25,955 nucleotides of DNA, from positions 1 to 25,955 of IMG/VR virus record IMGVR_UViG_2737471869_000024. The stretch is one strand, 5' to 3'. Positions 16,308-25,545 of the stretch are shown here, piece after piece. A program made the translations under genes and the position numbers. Source of the DNA: a virus (lineage: Duplodnaviria > Heunggongvirae > Uroviricota > Caudoviricetes). Numbering within the stretch: the stretch's first letter is position 1; each line of letters begins with the position of its first letter. The notes under the pieces are model-generated. The model searched no databases. It was given only the letters and a program-made list of their open reading frames with translations, and was not told the DNA's origin.

Positions 16308-18506
16308 TTACTGCTGTGGTTGTTTCTGAGTTGATTTTTGCAGGATGCTGCTGATGTCCATGCGCTGCGCATGGCCCTGTGCCTGACTTTTCAGGACAAG
16401 CTCTGCATCAGCACGGGCATTGTCTCCTTGCTGTTGCTGGAACTGTCCGAGCAGTTTCAGAGCCTCGCGGATATCAGATTTCTGCTGGCTATCGGCAGAT
16501 GCGAGGATTTTCACAACATTTGCCGCTGCAACCTGAGCATCAGTCTGTGCCTGGAATGCTTTAACCTGAATGGCTGCCTGTTCGTTCTGAGCTTTCTGCA
16601 ATTCAGCCTGACCAGCAAGAAGCTGACCTTGCGCTGCAACCATAGCCGGATCTGGCTGACTGGCCTGTTGTTGTTTCGCCTGTTCAAACATCTGCTGTTC
16701 TTCAGGCGTTCTCGGCTTGATAACGCCAGACAGAAGCAACTGATTGCGGTTGTATTCTTTAAGGTCGTCCATCCCTTCGCCGTCCATATTGTCGAGAATC
16801 ATCGACGATACAAGGTCATGCTTCGGCGTTCCTGGCGGGATAAGTGCCAGCATGGAAAGTAACGACTTAACCGTTGCATCACGGCGAGTAGCGAACGACT
16901 GACCGACATCGACAGTCACTTCATAGTTACCCTGCGAAAGGTCGTTAAGCGCGATAACCTGCCCTGTCTGACGGTCAACCACTTCACCAGTCATCAGCGC
17001 CACGTCATCGCTGCCGTCCTCATTAACGATGCGCATTGGCGTATCGCTGCCATAGACTTCACGAGCCATAGAAAGCCACACGACGCCAGCACGGCGCATG
17101 GATTTAGCCATGTTGTCCATGTAGATATATGACTGCGTGTCCATCCTGTTAAAGATGCTATCAACGGTATCGGTGGCGACGTTGCTCGGCATGTTCTCAA
17201 GCTGCGACGCACCTGTAATTTGCTGAATAGCCGTTCCGGTGTACTGCAATAGCCCGGCAAGAGCTGGAGGCATTTGTGTTGGAGGGGTCCAGCCAGCAAC
17301 CTGAGCCTCTGAAATGACTGTTCCGTTTTTGTCCTTCTTGCTGGTCATAGGAAGAACTGCAGGTCTTTTCTTATTCCTCTCTGCCCAGTGATTCATTAAT
17401 GGACCGGGAATGAAATCAACATCCACGATAGGAATGCCATCACCGCCAGCCTGAGTAGCGTTATCTGCAATCATGGAAACCATAAGGTTCTCAAGACGCT
17501 GTGCATCCATCGCTTTTGCAGCGTGGCCTTCGATTCGCTCCTGATTATCAACAAATGAGCGACGCCCATATACCGGGATGAGAGGAATATGTTCACCCGG
17601 AATACGCTTCGGTTCTTCCAGCCATTCAGCGCCAGACAGAAGGCCGCAATAAACGCGGCGTTTCTTCACTGTCCGCTCGCCAATCAGTTCGAATGCGCCA
17701 TCGGTCAGCTCGTCAACAACATCTTTGATTTGCTCTTCATCATAGATTGCCGTTTCTCCGCTAACAGGGTTGCGCCACGCCGTGAGCTTCACCTTCTCTA
17801 TGCGAACTTCGTAGTAGCGTCCAACATAGATGGCATCGGGCGTTGACCAGTCATACTGAGTACCAGTGTCATCACGAGAAAGGCTTGCCGCGATGGAATC
17901 AGGGTATTCAGCCTCGAACGCTTTAGGCGTCATGGAGAACATTTCCATAGCCCACATAGCATCAGAGCGGTCATATTGCTTGCTGTCCTGATCGAAGAAA
18001 ACGCATGTCGCTGGGTCGTAAACAGGAAGAAGGCTGATGCGTCGCTGCTCGTTACTTGGGTCCATTTCATCTTCGTAATCGGCACACATGCGGAAACAAC
18101 CGAATCCGCCCGTTACAGCATCATCAAATGCGTTATCACACGCTTCGCCACCGGATGTTTCCTGATAGTCAGCGCGGAATTTGCCGTTCATCTTTTCGGC
18201 TAACGCTTCCGATGCCTTGTCATCCTTCGGCCTGAATTTAACGCTGATGCGATTCTGTCGATACTCGCCAATGATGCGATCACATTCACGGGCAATCTTA
18301 TTCAGTTCAAAGCGCGGGTAATGCTCAAACCTGCCTTCATCAAATGAGTAACCAGCGTTTGTGCTGCCTTCCCACTGTGCGCCGGACACACGTACGAAAC
18401 GTTGAGCCTCAATAATCTGCTCACGCATATCCTGCGTTGCTGACCAGGCATTATCAAAGTTGCACAGCACCTTGCGATGCCAGTCAGTCATCTTTTTTTC
18501 TGCCAT
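16308..18506 (-). CDS. Portal protein (P22 gp1 family)
   Basis: 732 aa immediately downstream of the large terminase; long Q/A-rich helical C-terminal tail as in the P22 portal barrel. Confidence 0.9.
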   Translation of the reverse strand: MAEKKMTDWHRKVLCNFDNAWSATQDMREQIIEAQRFVRVSGAQWEGSTNAGYSFDEGRFEHYPRFELNKIARECDRIIGEYRQNRISVKFRPKDDKASEALAEKMNGKFRADYQETSGGEACDNAFDDAVTGGFGCFRMCADYEDEMDPSNEQRRISLLPVYDPATCVFFDQDSKQYDRSDAMWAMEMFSMTPKAFEAEYPDSIAASLSRDDTGTQYDWSTPDAIYVGRYYEVRIEKVKLTAWRNPVSGETAIYDEEQIKDVVDELTDGAFELIGERTVKKRRVYCGLLSGAEWLEEPKRIPGEHIPLIPVYGRRSFVDNQERIEGHAAKAMDAQRLENLMVSMIADNATQAGGDGIPIVDVDFIPGPLMNHWAERNKKRPAVLPMTSKKDKNGTVISEAQVAGWTPPTQMPPALAGLLQYTGTAIQQITGASQLENMPSNVATDTVDSIFNRMDTQSYIYMDNMAKSMRRAGVVWLSMAREVYGSDTPMRIVNEDGSDDVALMTGEVVDRQTGQVIALNDLSQGNYEVTVDVGQSFATRRDATVKSLLSMLALIPPGTPKHDLVSSMILDNMDGEGMDDLKEYNRNQLLLSGVIKPRTPEEQQMFEQAKQQQASQPDPAMVAAQGQLLAGQAELQKAQNEQAAIQVKAFQAQTDAQVAAANVVKILASADSQQKSDIREALKLLGQFQQQQGDNARADAELVLKSQAQGHAQRMDISSILQKSTQKQPQQ

Positions 18507-18507
18507 A

Positions 18508-19986
18508 TCAACCTACACCACAAGGAATTGAGTAACTGGAATAGTCGGGTTGCGCAGCCGACTCCGGGCAATGCATACACATCATCAGCGCATCAGCCAG
18601 GTTAGGAGATGGAATACCGAGCTTTTGCTTCATCTCGACTTTGGTCATCAGCTCAAGCTTTCCGTTACCGTTGAATTTGCGTTGGATCTGCGTGAGCTCT
18701 GCGAATAGCTTGTTGAGGATATTCTCTCCAATAGCCTCTTTGTCAAAGCTAAGCATTTCATCAGGGTCGGCGTATTCGCCATGCTCTACCGCCCGGTATG
18801 TTCGATAAAGCCTGTCAGCCAGCGTGTAATAGAACTGCGCTCGCTTGTTTCGGAATACATCTCCAATAGTGCGGACGTTATCACCCTGCACAACTTCATC
18901 AGTCCATGCCCCAGCCTGATATGGAGCATCTTCGTCGAATGGCGATTCACTACCTTTAAACATTGTTACGGTGACTTTCTTTCCACTGAAATAGTCTGTT
19001 ATCTGTCGACGAAGCCCTGCTCCAAGTCCATCTCCATCAAACAGGAAATGATCAACATCATCGATTACCGCCAATGAAGATGCCCAATCAGCACCCTCGT
19101 TTATATCCATGAGCAGCCCTTCACATACGCGCTTAACAACTGATCCATGTCGCACTGCATATCCTTTGGCATCTGGGCCGGTGTCTGACGGGTCATGCGC
19201 TGCAATCACTGCACCTTTAGCTTTCCATCCGAGCTTAATGTGGGCGTCTGTTGCAGCCTCTAACCATGCAAACTTGATAATAGCCATTTCTGATGCCCCC
19301 ACCGGTTCACCAAGATACACATGCCGATAAAGCTCGTGATTAGCCTTCTTCATAATCTCCATATCCCTGCGGAGAGTTTCCGGGAACCATGGATTAGCTG
19401 TGTAGTTGATCTGCTTGACGATGCAGTAGCGATTACCGTTTTCGTCATAGTCGGGGTATATGCGATTCGTAACAAAGCGCTGATGTGTATCGCTGAGTCT
19501 GTTCTTCGGGTTGTATGCAACCCATATTTCCGACTCAACTACTCGACCATACTCAGCGCTGTAGAACTCTTTACGTACCGTTGGGATAAGCGTTTCCCAT
19601 GAGTCCTTTGATACGTTTTCTGCTTCCTCTACAAGGGCGGCATCGAAGTTTGCGTAACCTTTGATATTTTCCACGTTAAGGCGCAGAAAGTCGAAACTGA
19701 TACGTCCGCCGCTATTGGCAAATATCTCTGTCTTATTGATGGTCACCAGTGAGTGGAGGTTTCGGCGGTTAATCTCTTCAACAATTTCCGCATAGCATGA
19801 TTCCTTGATGGACTTCATGTACTCACGAAAACAGATAAGCTTCCATCCGTGATAGATGACGTTATTGAGGAGGATTGTTATGAACGTTCGCGTCTTGGCG
19901 GAACCTCGCCCGCCATAAGCTACCTTGAATCTGGCTGGCTGCAGGTATTCCTCAAACGCTTCAGGAATGCTGCATTGCTCTGTCAT
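18508..19986 (-). CDS. Terminase large subunit
   Basis: 492 aa with a Walker A-like motif (GGRGSAKT) near the N-terminus; positioned between small terminase and portal. Confidence 0.9.
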   Translation of the reverse strand: MTEQCSIPEAFEEYLQPARFKVAYGGRGSAKTRTFITILLNNVIYHGWKLICFREYMKSIKESCYAEIVEEINRRNLHSLVTINKTEIFANSGGRISFDFLRLNVENIKGYANFDAALVEEAENVSKDSWETLIPTVRKEFYSAEYGRVVESEIWVAYNPKNRLSDTHQRFVTNRIYPDYDENGNRYCIVKQINYTANPWFPETLRRDMEIMKKANHELYRHVYLGEPVGASEMAIIKFAWLEAATDAHIKLGWKAKGAVIAAHDPSDTGPDAKGYAVRHGSVVKRVCEGLLMDINEGADWASSLAVIDDVDHFLFDGDGLGAGLRRQITDYFSGKKVTVTMFKGSESPFDEDAPYQAGAWTDEVVQGDNVRTIGDVFRNKRAQFYYTLADRLYRTYRAVEHGEYADPDEMLSFDKEAIGENILNKLFAELTQIQRKFNGNGKLELMTKVEMKQKLGIPSPNLADALMMCMHCPESAAQPDYSSYSIPCGVG

Positions 19987-20426
19987 TGCGTCTCGCTTTT
20001 TACAATGTTATACACTGGAGCTTTTGGAGTCATGGAGCCGTCATCAGATGTATGGTTGACGTCCTGCTTCTCTCGCCATTTATCTTTCTGTCTGTTCTTG
20101 AGCCAGAAGATGGCGGCAGTTGTATCAGGCGGGTAATACTTCTTAAGCGGAGTTTCGACAATTCTGTTTTCAATAACACGAATATCGATGTCTGGAGCCA
20201 CGAAGCCCATAGCGCGTTGATAAAGACGGTCACTAACTTCTGCATCAGCAACGGCCTTACCCTTTTTTATGGACTCCGAAAACTTAGGATAATCAAGCTT
20301 CCACTTGTTAATAGTTGACTCACTGACTTCGAAGAAATCAGCAAGCTCTGCATCGGTGTAGCCCAGCAAGCACAGTTTGCGTGCCTGTTCGGCGTACGCC
20401 TCTTGATACTTTGTTGGGCGCGCCAT
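19983..20426 (-). CDS. Terminase small subunit
   Basis: 147 aa with an N-terminal HTH-like segment (YTDAELADFFEVSESTINKWK); 4-bp overlap with the large terminase start. Confidence 0.7.
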   Translation of the reverse strand: MARPTKYQEAYAEQARKLCLLGYTDAELADFFEVSESTINKWKLDYPKFSESIKKGKAVADAEVSDRLYQRAMGFVAPDIDIRVIENRIVETPLKKYYPPDTTAAIFWLKNRQKDKWREKQDVNHTSDDGSMTPKAPVYNIVKSETQ

Positions 20427-20428
20427 GT

Positions 20429-20671
20429 TTATGCTCCGGTAGTGAACAGGTCTAACGATTCCTTCGATTTACGCACCGCTTCGATAGTGCGAGATGTGAA
20501 GTCTGGATTTGCACCGCCATCGTTGTAGTGCAACTTGAACAATTCCAGTTTCAGTTGGTCAGCACCAATGAATGCAAAAGCTTCCTCTGCCGCTGAATTG
20601 TTCTTAGATAGCAGTCGGTAAATTTCTAACTTGAATTTCTGTTCTTCAGTCATGGGAATAATCTCTGCCAT
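20429..20671 (-). CDS. Hypothetical small protein upstream of terminase
   Basis: 80 aa with GGAG RBS 6 nt upstream of the ATG; abuts the small terminase gene. Confidence 0.5.
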   Translation of the reverse strand: MAEIIPMTEEQKFKLEIYRLLSKNNSAAEEAFAFIGADQLKLELFKLHYNDGGANPDFTSRTIEAVRKSKESLDLFTTGA

Positions 20672-20966
20672 TGTTGGCTCCGTTTATCCGTTAAAAGGGA
20701 TATCAGTTAAGTTATCCCGTGTAGGGTATAAGCCATTGTCGAGACCACTCATTGAATGGTCTCTGCAATAACCGATGTCTTTCCATCAGTCCGCCACCAC
20801 AAAGAATCTTTTTTGCCATAAGGCAGGAGGTTCATCTTTCAGTGGCTGCCAGTGTTATTTCCCCACTTACTGGCTTGGGTTGTTTCGCTGTACTGCCGTA
20901 ACTGGTTGCCCAGAATAAATTCCGGTTTCATTATCAAGCCCACCCGTAGATAGGCTTTGTAATGAC

Positions 20967-21155
20967 TTACCCCAGCTTTGCTCGCACCAGCGCATCTTTA
21001 GCTTCGAGCAGCTTGCGGAGACCTGCTGACTTTTCAGCACTGTCCGGCAGTGATTCATCCATCAGTGTCGCAAGGTCACCGATTGGCTTACTTATTTCCT
21101 GCAGATGCGCAGGGAGGTGTTGATAAGCGAAATACTTCATGATTGGAGATGACAT
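20967..21155 (-). CDS. Hypothetical small protein downstream of lysis cassette
   Basis: 62 aa with GAGGG RBS upstream of the ATG. No family recognised. Confidence 0.45.
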   Translation of the reverse strand: MSSPIMKYFAYQHLPAHLQEISKPIGDLATLMDESLPDSAEKSAGLRKLLEAKDALVRAKLG

Positions 21156-21172
21156 TATTTACCCTCGGTTAG

Positions 21173-21197
21173 TAAAAAGCCTCGCTATTACGAGGCT
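21173..21197 (-). terminator. Terminator-like hairpin after Rz
   Basis: Minus-strand stem AGCCTCG / CGAGGCT with a 6-nt loop, followed by TTTTT, just past the Rz stop. Confidence 0.4.
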
Positions 21198-21205
21198 ATG
21201 ATTGT

Positions 21206-21673
21206 TCATTTCAGGCACTGCGTGTTGATGTATTCCTGCAGCGCTCTCAGTGATGTTTGGTCGCTGATGATTCCGGATCTGATACTGAGAACGTTTCGTC
21301 CAGCAACTGGAGAGAGTTCGACGGTGGCATCATTGCCCATGCCGGAGGTGCGGGAGGTTTCGGTTGAGGCTGGCACTTGACACTTTCCTTTGACGAGCAC
21401 CCTGCCACCATTATCAAGCTTGCGCCGAAGAGCATCATTTTCAGCTTTCGCATCAGCTAACTCCTTCGTGTATTTTGCATCGAGCGCAGCAACATCACGC
21501 TGACGCTGCTGCATGTCAGAGATGGTGGCGGTCGCCTGCTTCAGCTCACTGACTTTTTTATCGCGCTGCTCTTTGTAGGCGATTGCGTTATCACGGTAAT
21601 GATTAACAGCCCATGACAGACAGACGATGATGCAGATAACCAGAGCGGAGATAATCGCGGTTACTCTGCTCAT
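21206..21673 (-). CDS. Rz: Spanin inner-membrane subunit Rz
   Basis: 155 aa. N-terminus [31 protein letters not shown] matches lambda Rz (N-terminal TM plus coiled coil). Confidence 0.9.
   Translation of the reverse strand: MSRVTAIISALVICIIVCLSWAVNHYRDNAIAYKEQRDKKVSELKQATATISDMQQRQRDVAALDAKYTKELADAKAENDALRRKLDNGGRVLVKGKCQVPASTETSRTSGMGNDATVELSPVAGRNVLSIRSGIISDQTSLRALQEYINTQCLK
21247..21453 (-). CDS. Rz1: Spanin outer-membrane lipoprotein Rz1 (embedded in Rz in the +1 frame)
   Basis: Nested ORF with signal peptide and lipobox (LIMVAGC) and a Pro-rich mature region ([11 protein letters not shown]), as in lambda Rz1. Confidence 0.8.
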   Translation of the reverse strand: MRKLKMMLFGASLIMVAGCSSKESVKCQPQPKPPAPPAWAMMPPSNSLQLLDETFSVSDPESSATKHH

Positions 21674-22146
21674 ACCTCAATCTCTCTGACCGTTCCGCCA
21701 GCTTCTTTGAATTTTGCAATCAGGTTGTCAGCCTTATGCTCGAACTGACCATAACCAGCGCCCGGCAGTGAAGCCCAGATATTGCTGCAACGGTCGATTG
21801 CCTGACGAATATCACCGCGATCAATCATCGGTAAAGCGCCACGCTCTTTAATCTGCTGCAATGCCACAGCGTCCTGGCTTTTCGGAGAGAAATCTTTCAG
21901 GCCAAGCTGCTTACGGTAGGCATCCCACCAACGGGAAAGAAGCTGGTAACGTCCGGCTGCTGTTGATTTGAGTTTGGGGTTTAGCATGACAAGTTTGCGA
22001 GGGTGATCGGAGTAATCAGTGAATAGCTCTCCGCCTACAATGACGTCATAACCATGATTTCTGGTTTTCTGTCGTCCGTTATCAGTTCCCTCTGACCACG
22101 CCAGCATATCGAGGAACGCCTTACGTTGATTATTGATTTCCACCAT
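21670..22146 (-). CDS. R: Endolysin R (lytic transglycosylase)
   Basis: 158 aa, [39 protein letters not shown]... essentially lambda R. Confidence 0.95.
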   Translation of the reverse strand: MVEINNQRKAFLDMLAWSEGTDNGRQKTRNHGYDVIVGGELFTDYSDHPRKLVMLNPKLKSTAAGRYQLLSRWWDAYRKQLGLKDFSPKSQDAVALQQIKERGALPMIDRGDIRQAIDRCSNIWASLPGAGYGQFEHKADNLIAKFKEAGGTVREIEV

Positions 22147-22453
22147 CTTCTACTCCGGCTTTTTTAGCAGCGAAGCGTTTGATAAGCGAACCAATCGAGT
22201 CAGTACCGATGTAGCCGATAAACACGCTCGTTATATAAGCGAGATTGCTACTTAGTCCGGCGAAGTCGAGAAGGTCACGAATGAACCAGGCGATAATGGC
22301 GCACATCGTTGCGTCGATTACTGTTTTTGTAAACGCACCGCCATTATATCTGCCGCGAAGGTACGCCATTGCAAACGCAAGGATTGCCCCGATGCCTTGT
22401 TCCTTTGCCGCGAGAATGGCGGCTAACAGGTCATGTTTTTCTGGCATCTTCAT
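22130..22453 (-). CDS. S: Holin/antiholin S (dual start Met1-Lys2-Met3)
   Basis: 107 aa, [62 protein letters not shown]... essentially lambda S. The upstream CCCC-TTATT-GGGG hairpin is in the position of the lambda sdi structure. Confidence 0.95.
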   Translation of the reverse strand: MKMPEKHDLLAAILAAKEQGIGAILAFAMAYLRGRYNGGAFTKTVIDATMCAIIAWFIRDLLDFAGLSSNLAYITSVFIGYIGTDSIGSLIKRFAAKKAGVEDGGNQ

Positions 22454-22695
22454 GTCTTACCCCCAATAAGGGGATTTGCTCTATTTAATTAGGAATAAGG
22501 TCGATTACTGATAGAACAAATCCAGGCTACTGTGTTTAGTAATCAGATTTGTTCGTGACCGATATGCACGGGCAAAACGGCAGGAGGTTGTTAGCGCAAC
22601 CTCTTGCCGCCCGCTTTCACGAAAGTCATGTGTAGAAGGCTGCAGCATAACTATCACTGATGAGTTCAGGATAGCCAGTGGCTACGGCTCAGTTA

Positions 22696-22771
22696 TGGTG
22701 CTGGTTAACGGACTTGAACCGCTACCCATTCGCTTACAAGGCGACTGCTCTACCATTGGAGCTAAACCAGC
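22696..22771 (-). tRNA. tRNA-Thr(UGU)-like gene
   Basis: Manual fold of the 76-nt minus-strand sequence GCTGGTTTAGCTCCAATGGTAGAGCAGTCGCCTTGTAAGCGAATGGGTAGCGGTTCAAGTCCGTTAACCAGCACCA. Perfect 7-bp acceptor stem, 4-bp D stem with GG in the loop, anticodon loop CTTGTAA, T-loop TTCAAGT and an encoded CCA. Confidence 0.55.
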
Positions 22772-22776
22772 ATATT

Positions 22777-22851
22777 TGGCGGGACAGCGTGGACTCGAAC
22801 CACGATAAGAAGGTTAACAGCCTTCCGTAATGACCTTTATACGACTGACCC
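22777..22851 (-). tRNA. tRNA-Asn(GUU)-like gene (imperfect)
   Basis: 75-nt minus-strand sequence with T-arm CGTGG-TTCGAGT-CCACG, anticodon arm GAAGG-CTGTTAA-CCTTC and a CCA end, but one mismatch in the acceptor stem and a weak D stem. Could be a degenerate tRNA. Confidence 0.4.
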
Positions 22852-22854
22852 AAA

Positions 22855-22914
22855 TAAAAAATCCCGAAACCGTTATGCAGGCTCTAACTATTACCTGCGA
22901 ACTGTTTCGGGATT
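22855..22914 (-). terminator. tR'-like terminator ending the short late leader (6S) RNA
   Basis: Long minus-strand hairpin (CCCGAAAC ... CAGG ... CCTG ... GTTTCGGG) followed by ATTTTTTAT, about 190 nt downstream of the PR'-like promoter. Confidence 0.65.
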
Positions 22915-23047
22915 GCATTTTACAGACCTCTCAGCCTGCGATGGTTGGAGTTCCAGACGATACGTCGAAGTGACCAACTAGGCGGAATCGGTAGTAAGCG
23001 CCGCCTCTTTTCATCTCACTACCACAACGAGCGAATTAACCCATCGT
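22915..23047 (-). ncRNA. Body of the lambda 6S-like late leader transcript (PR' start to tR')
   Basis: Inferred from the promoter at 23055..23083 and the terminator at 22855..22914. The full transcript would span about 23047 to 22855 (~190 nt), close to the 194-nt lambda 6S RNA. Confidence 0.5.
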
Positions 23048-23054
23048 TGAGTCA

Positions 23055-23083
23055 AATTTACCCAACTTTATTCAAAAAGTCAA
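23055..23083 (-). promoter_or_regulatory. PR'-like late promoter with overlapping Q-utilisation (qut) region
   Basis: Minus strand has TTGACT, a 17-bp spacer and TAAATT, located 43 bp downstream of the Q stop. Arrangement matches lambda PR'. Confidence 0.65.
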
Positions 23084-23125
23084 TATCATGCCGTTAATAT
23101 GTTGCCATCCGTGGCAATCATGCTG

Positions 23126-23749
23126 CTAACGTGTGACCGCATTCAAAATGTTGTCTGCAATTGACTCTTCCTTGTGGCATTGCACCACCAGAGCGTCATA
23201 CAGCGGCTTAACAGTGCGTGACCAGGTGGGTTGGGTAAGGTTTGGGATTAGCATCGTTACAGCGCGATATGCGGCGCTTGCTGGCATCCTGGAATAGCCG
23301 ACACCTTTGCATCTTCCGCATTCTTTCTCAACAACTCTCCCCCACTGCTCTGTTTTTGCTATATCAACCGCACGGCCTGTACCGTGACAATCTCTGCATC
23401 TTGCGCCCGGCGTCGCGGCACTACGGCAATAATCCGCATAAGCGAATGTTGCGAGCACTTGCAGTACCTTTGCCTTAGTATTTCCTTCAAGCTTTGCAAC
23501 GCCACGGTATTTCCCCGATACCTTGTGTGCAAATTGCATCAGATAGTTGATAGCCTTTTGTTTGTCATTCTGGCTGAGTTCGTGCTTACCACAGAATGCA
23601 GCCATTCCGAATCCGGCTTGTGATTGCGCCATCCCCATAGCAGCCATCACATCAGTACCGGAAAGAGAGTCAGAAGCCGTGGCCCGTGGTGAGTCGCTCA
23701 TCATCGGGCTTTTTGGTGAATGAAATTTGGCTACGCTTTCGAGTCTCAT
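23126..23749 (-). CDS. Q: Late-gene antiterminator Q
   Basis: 207 aa, [60 protein letters not shown]..., matching lambda Q as I recall it, including the Cys-rich zinc-binding region (CRDCHGTGR...CGRCKG). Confidence 0.95.
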   Translation of the reverse strand: MRLESVAKFHSPKSPMMSDSPRATASDSLSGTDVMAAMGMAQSQAGFGMAAFCGKHELSQNDKQKAINYLMQFAHKVSGKYRGVAKLEGNTKAKVLQVLATFAYADYCRSAATPGARCRDCHGTGRAVDIAKTEQWGRVVEKECGRCKGVGYSRMPASAAYRAVTMLIPNLTQPTWSRTVKPLYDALVVQCHKEESIADNILNAVTR

Positions 23750-24411
23750 GCGCCTTCTCCCTGTACCTGAATCAATGTGAGGTTTCCGCAGAACACTGCG
23801 CCGGTATCGATATACATCTGGTTGGCAAATTTGAGTGGTTTCACTGCTGGCGTATGACCAAAGATGAACGTGTCCGCGCCTTTAATTTCTTTCACGATCC
23901 CGTCTTGTGAGTTGCTGATTCGTTCGCGGTTCCAGATTACCTGCTGATGATCAACTGGCTTTCCGAACTCGTATTCATCACAGGGATAATCGGCGTGGCA
24001 GATGACGTATTTTTTATCTTTGCTCACCAGTTCGATGATTAACGGAAGTTCATCTGCTTTATGGGCAAGAGCTTTAGCCAGAATTTCTTTGTCGTAATCG
24101 AGATTAAAGAACCAGCCACCGCCATTAAGCAGCCAGTGATTGACGTTTCCGCGCTCTGATAAGCCATCAATCATCATTTGCTCATGGTTTCCACGTACAG
24201 CTCTGAACTAGGGGAATGTGATTAATTCCAGGCATTCAACGTTCTCTGCACCACGATCAACCAAATCGCCAACCGAGATAAGCAGGTCTTTTTTGGTGTC
24301 GAATCCTATCGTCTCCAGTTTTTTCATCAGGTTCGTGTAGCATCCGTGCAGATCGCCAACTACCCAAATATTTCGGTATTTGCTGCCATCAATTTTTTCG
24401 TAATAGCGCAT
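23746..24411 (-). pseudogene. Ser/Thr protein phosphatase (lambda PP / ORF221 type) interrupted by an in-frame amber codon
   Basis: Two adjacent same-frame ORFs: an N-terminal fragment [25 protein letters not shown]...ECLELITFP ending in TAG (24208..24210), and a C-terminal fragment resuming ...[24 protein letters not shown]... In lambda the interrupting codon is Trp (TGG). Together the span is exactly 221 codons plus stop. Confidence 0.85.
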
Positions 24412-24595
24412 CTCTTTCACTCCATCCGCGATGAACCATAAGAACGTCGTTGACGATGGCGTGCATTTTCCCGTCTTTATCATCAACGTATTTTCTGACC
24501 GTGCCGCGACTACATTTCAGTCTGCGTGCTACTTCTGTCTGGCTTCCGTATGCTTCAACGAGCATGTCTGGAATGGTTTTTACTGAGAACGTCAT
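24389..24595 (-). CDS. ninH: NinH
   Basis: 68 aa, [68 protein letters not shown], matching lambda NinH. Confidence 0.85.
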   Translation of the reverse strand: MTFSVKTIPDMLVEAYGSQTEVARRLKCSRGTVRKYVDDKDGKMHAIVNDVLMVHRGWSERDALLRKN

Positions 24596-25203
24596 GCGGC
24601 CTCACTTCTGCTATTTCGCAGGTCTTTGAGTTTCTGCTGATACTCCGCCTTGATGGCCCTGCACTCTTCGACAGTCCAGCGATGGCGGCTATGGTTTGAT
24701 TCGATTTCGTCTACTGCTTCCTGCCCGATGCGGTTAATCAGTTCGACGCGATACGGAACGAGATTTCCGCTTTTATGTTGGTTGCACACCACGCATTGCT
24801 TGTGAATATTGCGTTCATCAAATCGGAGTTGAGGTGCCGCAGCAGTTGTCCGGTAATGTCCGGCATCCCACTGAGCAGACGTGAGCGTTCCGCACGAGAT
24901 ACATGGTAAGTCGCGGTCTCTTTCTCTGATGAAGGCGTTTACGGCTTGTTGGGCTTGTTTAATCCAGTAACTGCGGGGCTTTAAGGCGAGTTTTCGAATC
25001 TTAATTTTATCTTTCTGTTTCTGCTCCTCTCGTCGTCGTTTCTTCTCTGCTGCCTTTTCCGCTTTTTCGCGTTCTTTGCTTCGTCGTTCGAGTGCTATCT
25101 TGGTTCCACACTCTGGAGAGCACCACCACTGATTGGCGAATGCAGGGTGAAACCATTCCCGACATTCATCGTTTTTACATCGTCTTCGCGCTGGTTTAGC
25201 CAT
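24592..25203 (-). CDS. ninG: NinG (Rap recombination-associated endonuclease)
   Basis: 203 aa, [41 protein letters not shown]..., matching lambda NinG with its Cys-rich N-terminus. Confidence 0.9.
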   Translation of the reverse strand: MAKPARRRCKNDECREWFHPAFANQWWCSPECGTKIALERRSKEREKAEKAAEKKRRREEQKQKDKIKIRKLALKPRSYWIKQAQQAVNAFIRERDRDLPCISCGTLTSAQWDAGHYRTTAAAPQLRFDERNIHKQCVVCNQHKSGNLVPYRVELINRIGQEAVDEIESNHSRHRWTVEECRAIKAEYQQKLKDLRNSRSEAA

Positions 25204-25366
25204 CGTCTTCTTCCTCGTGCATCGAGCTATTCGGATCGCTCATCAGTTCTGCGCAGCAGTACTCACACACGTGAACTTCCAGCACATGCAGCTTCTGACC
25301 GCAATTAGCGCACGTTAAAGCCCGCTCGACGCTTTCTTGTTCGTAACTTCGATTTGGGTCAATCAC
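25196..25366 (-). CDS. ninF: NinF
   Basis: About 56 aa from a GTG at 25366 (GAGGAA RBS upstream; GTGA overlap with the ninE stop). C-terminus ...[46 protein letters not shown] matches lambda NinF. Start codon choice is uncertain. Confidence 0.7.
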   Translation of the reverse strand: MIDPNRSYEQESVERALTCANCGQKLHVLEVHVCEYCCAELMSDPNSSMHEEEDDG

Positions 25367-25545
25367 CTTGTATTCCTCGCACGATGTCTTAGCCACCGGA
25401 TATCCCACAGGTGAGCCGTGTAGTTGAAGGTTTTTACGTCAGATTCTTTTGGGATTGGCTTGCGTTTATTTCTGGAGCGTTTCGTTGGAAGGTATTTGCA
25501 GTTTTCGCAGATGATGTCGGTGATACTTCGTCGCTGTCGTCTCAT
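25363..25545 (-). CDS. ninE: NinE
   Basis: 60 aa from the ATG at 25545 ([60 protein letters not shown]). ATGA overlap with the upstream methyltransferase stop. Confidence 0.8.
   Translation of the reverse strand: MRRQRRSITDIICENCKYLPTKRSRNKRKPIPKESDVKTFNYTAHLWDIRWLRHRARNTR

Noticed and set aside
16338-16862. 174-aa plus-strand ORF
   Set aside because: Antisense to the portal gene C-terminus; a shadow ORF of a well-supported gene.
20867-21058. 63-aa minus-strand ORF overlapping the 62-aa ORF
   Set aside because: Overlaps the better-supported frame that has an RBS; no RBS of its own; Cys/Ser-rich.
22578-22612. Imperfect 12-bp hairpin followed by TTTT between the tRNA-like genes and S
   Set aside because: Could be a terminator, but it lies within the Q-antiterminated late leader and has an A-C mismatch in the stem. 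Not enough to call a feature.
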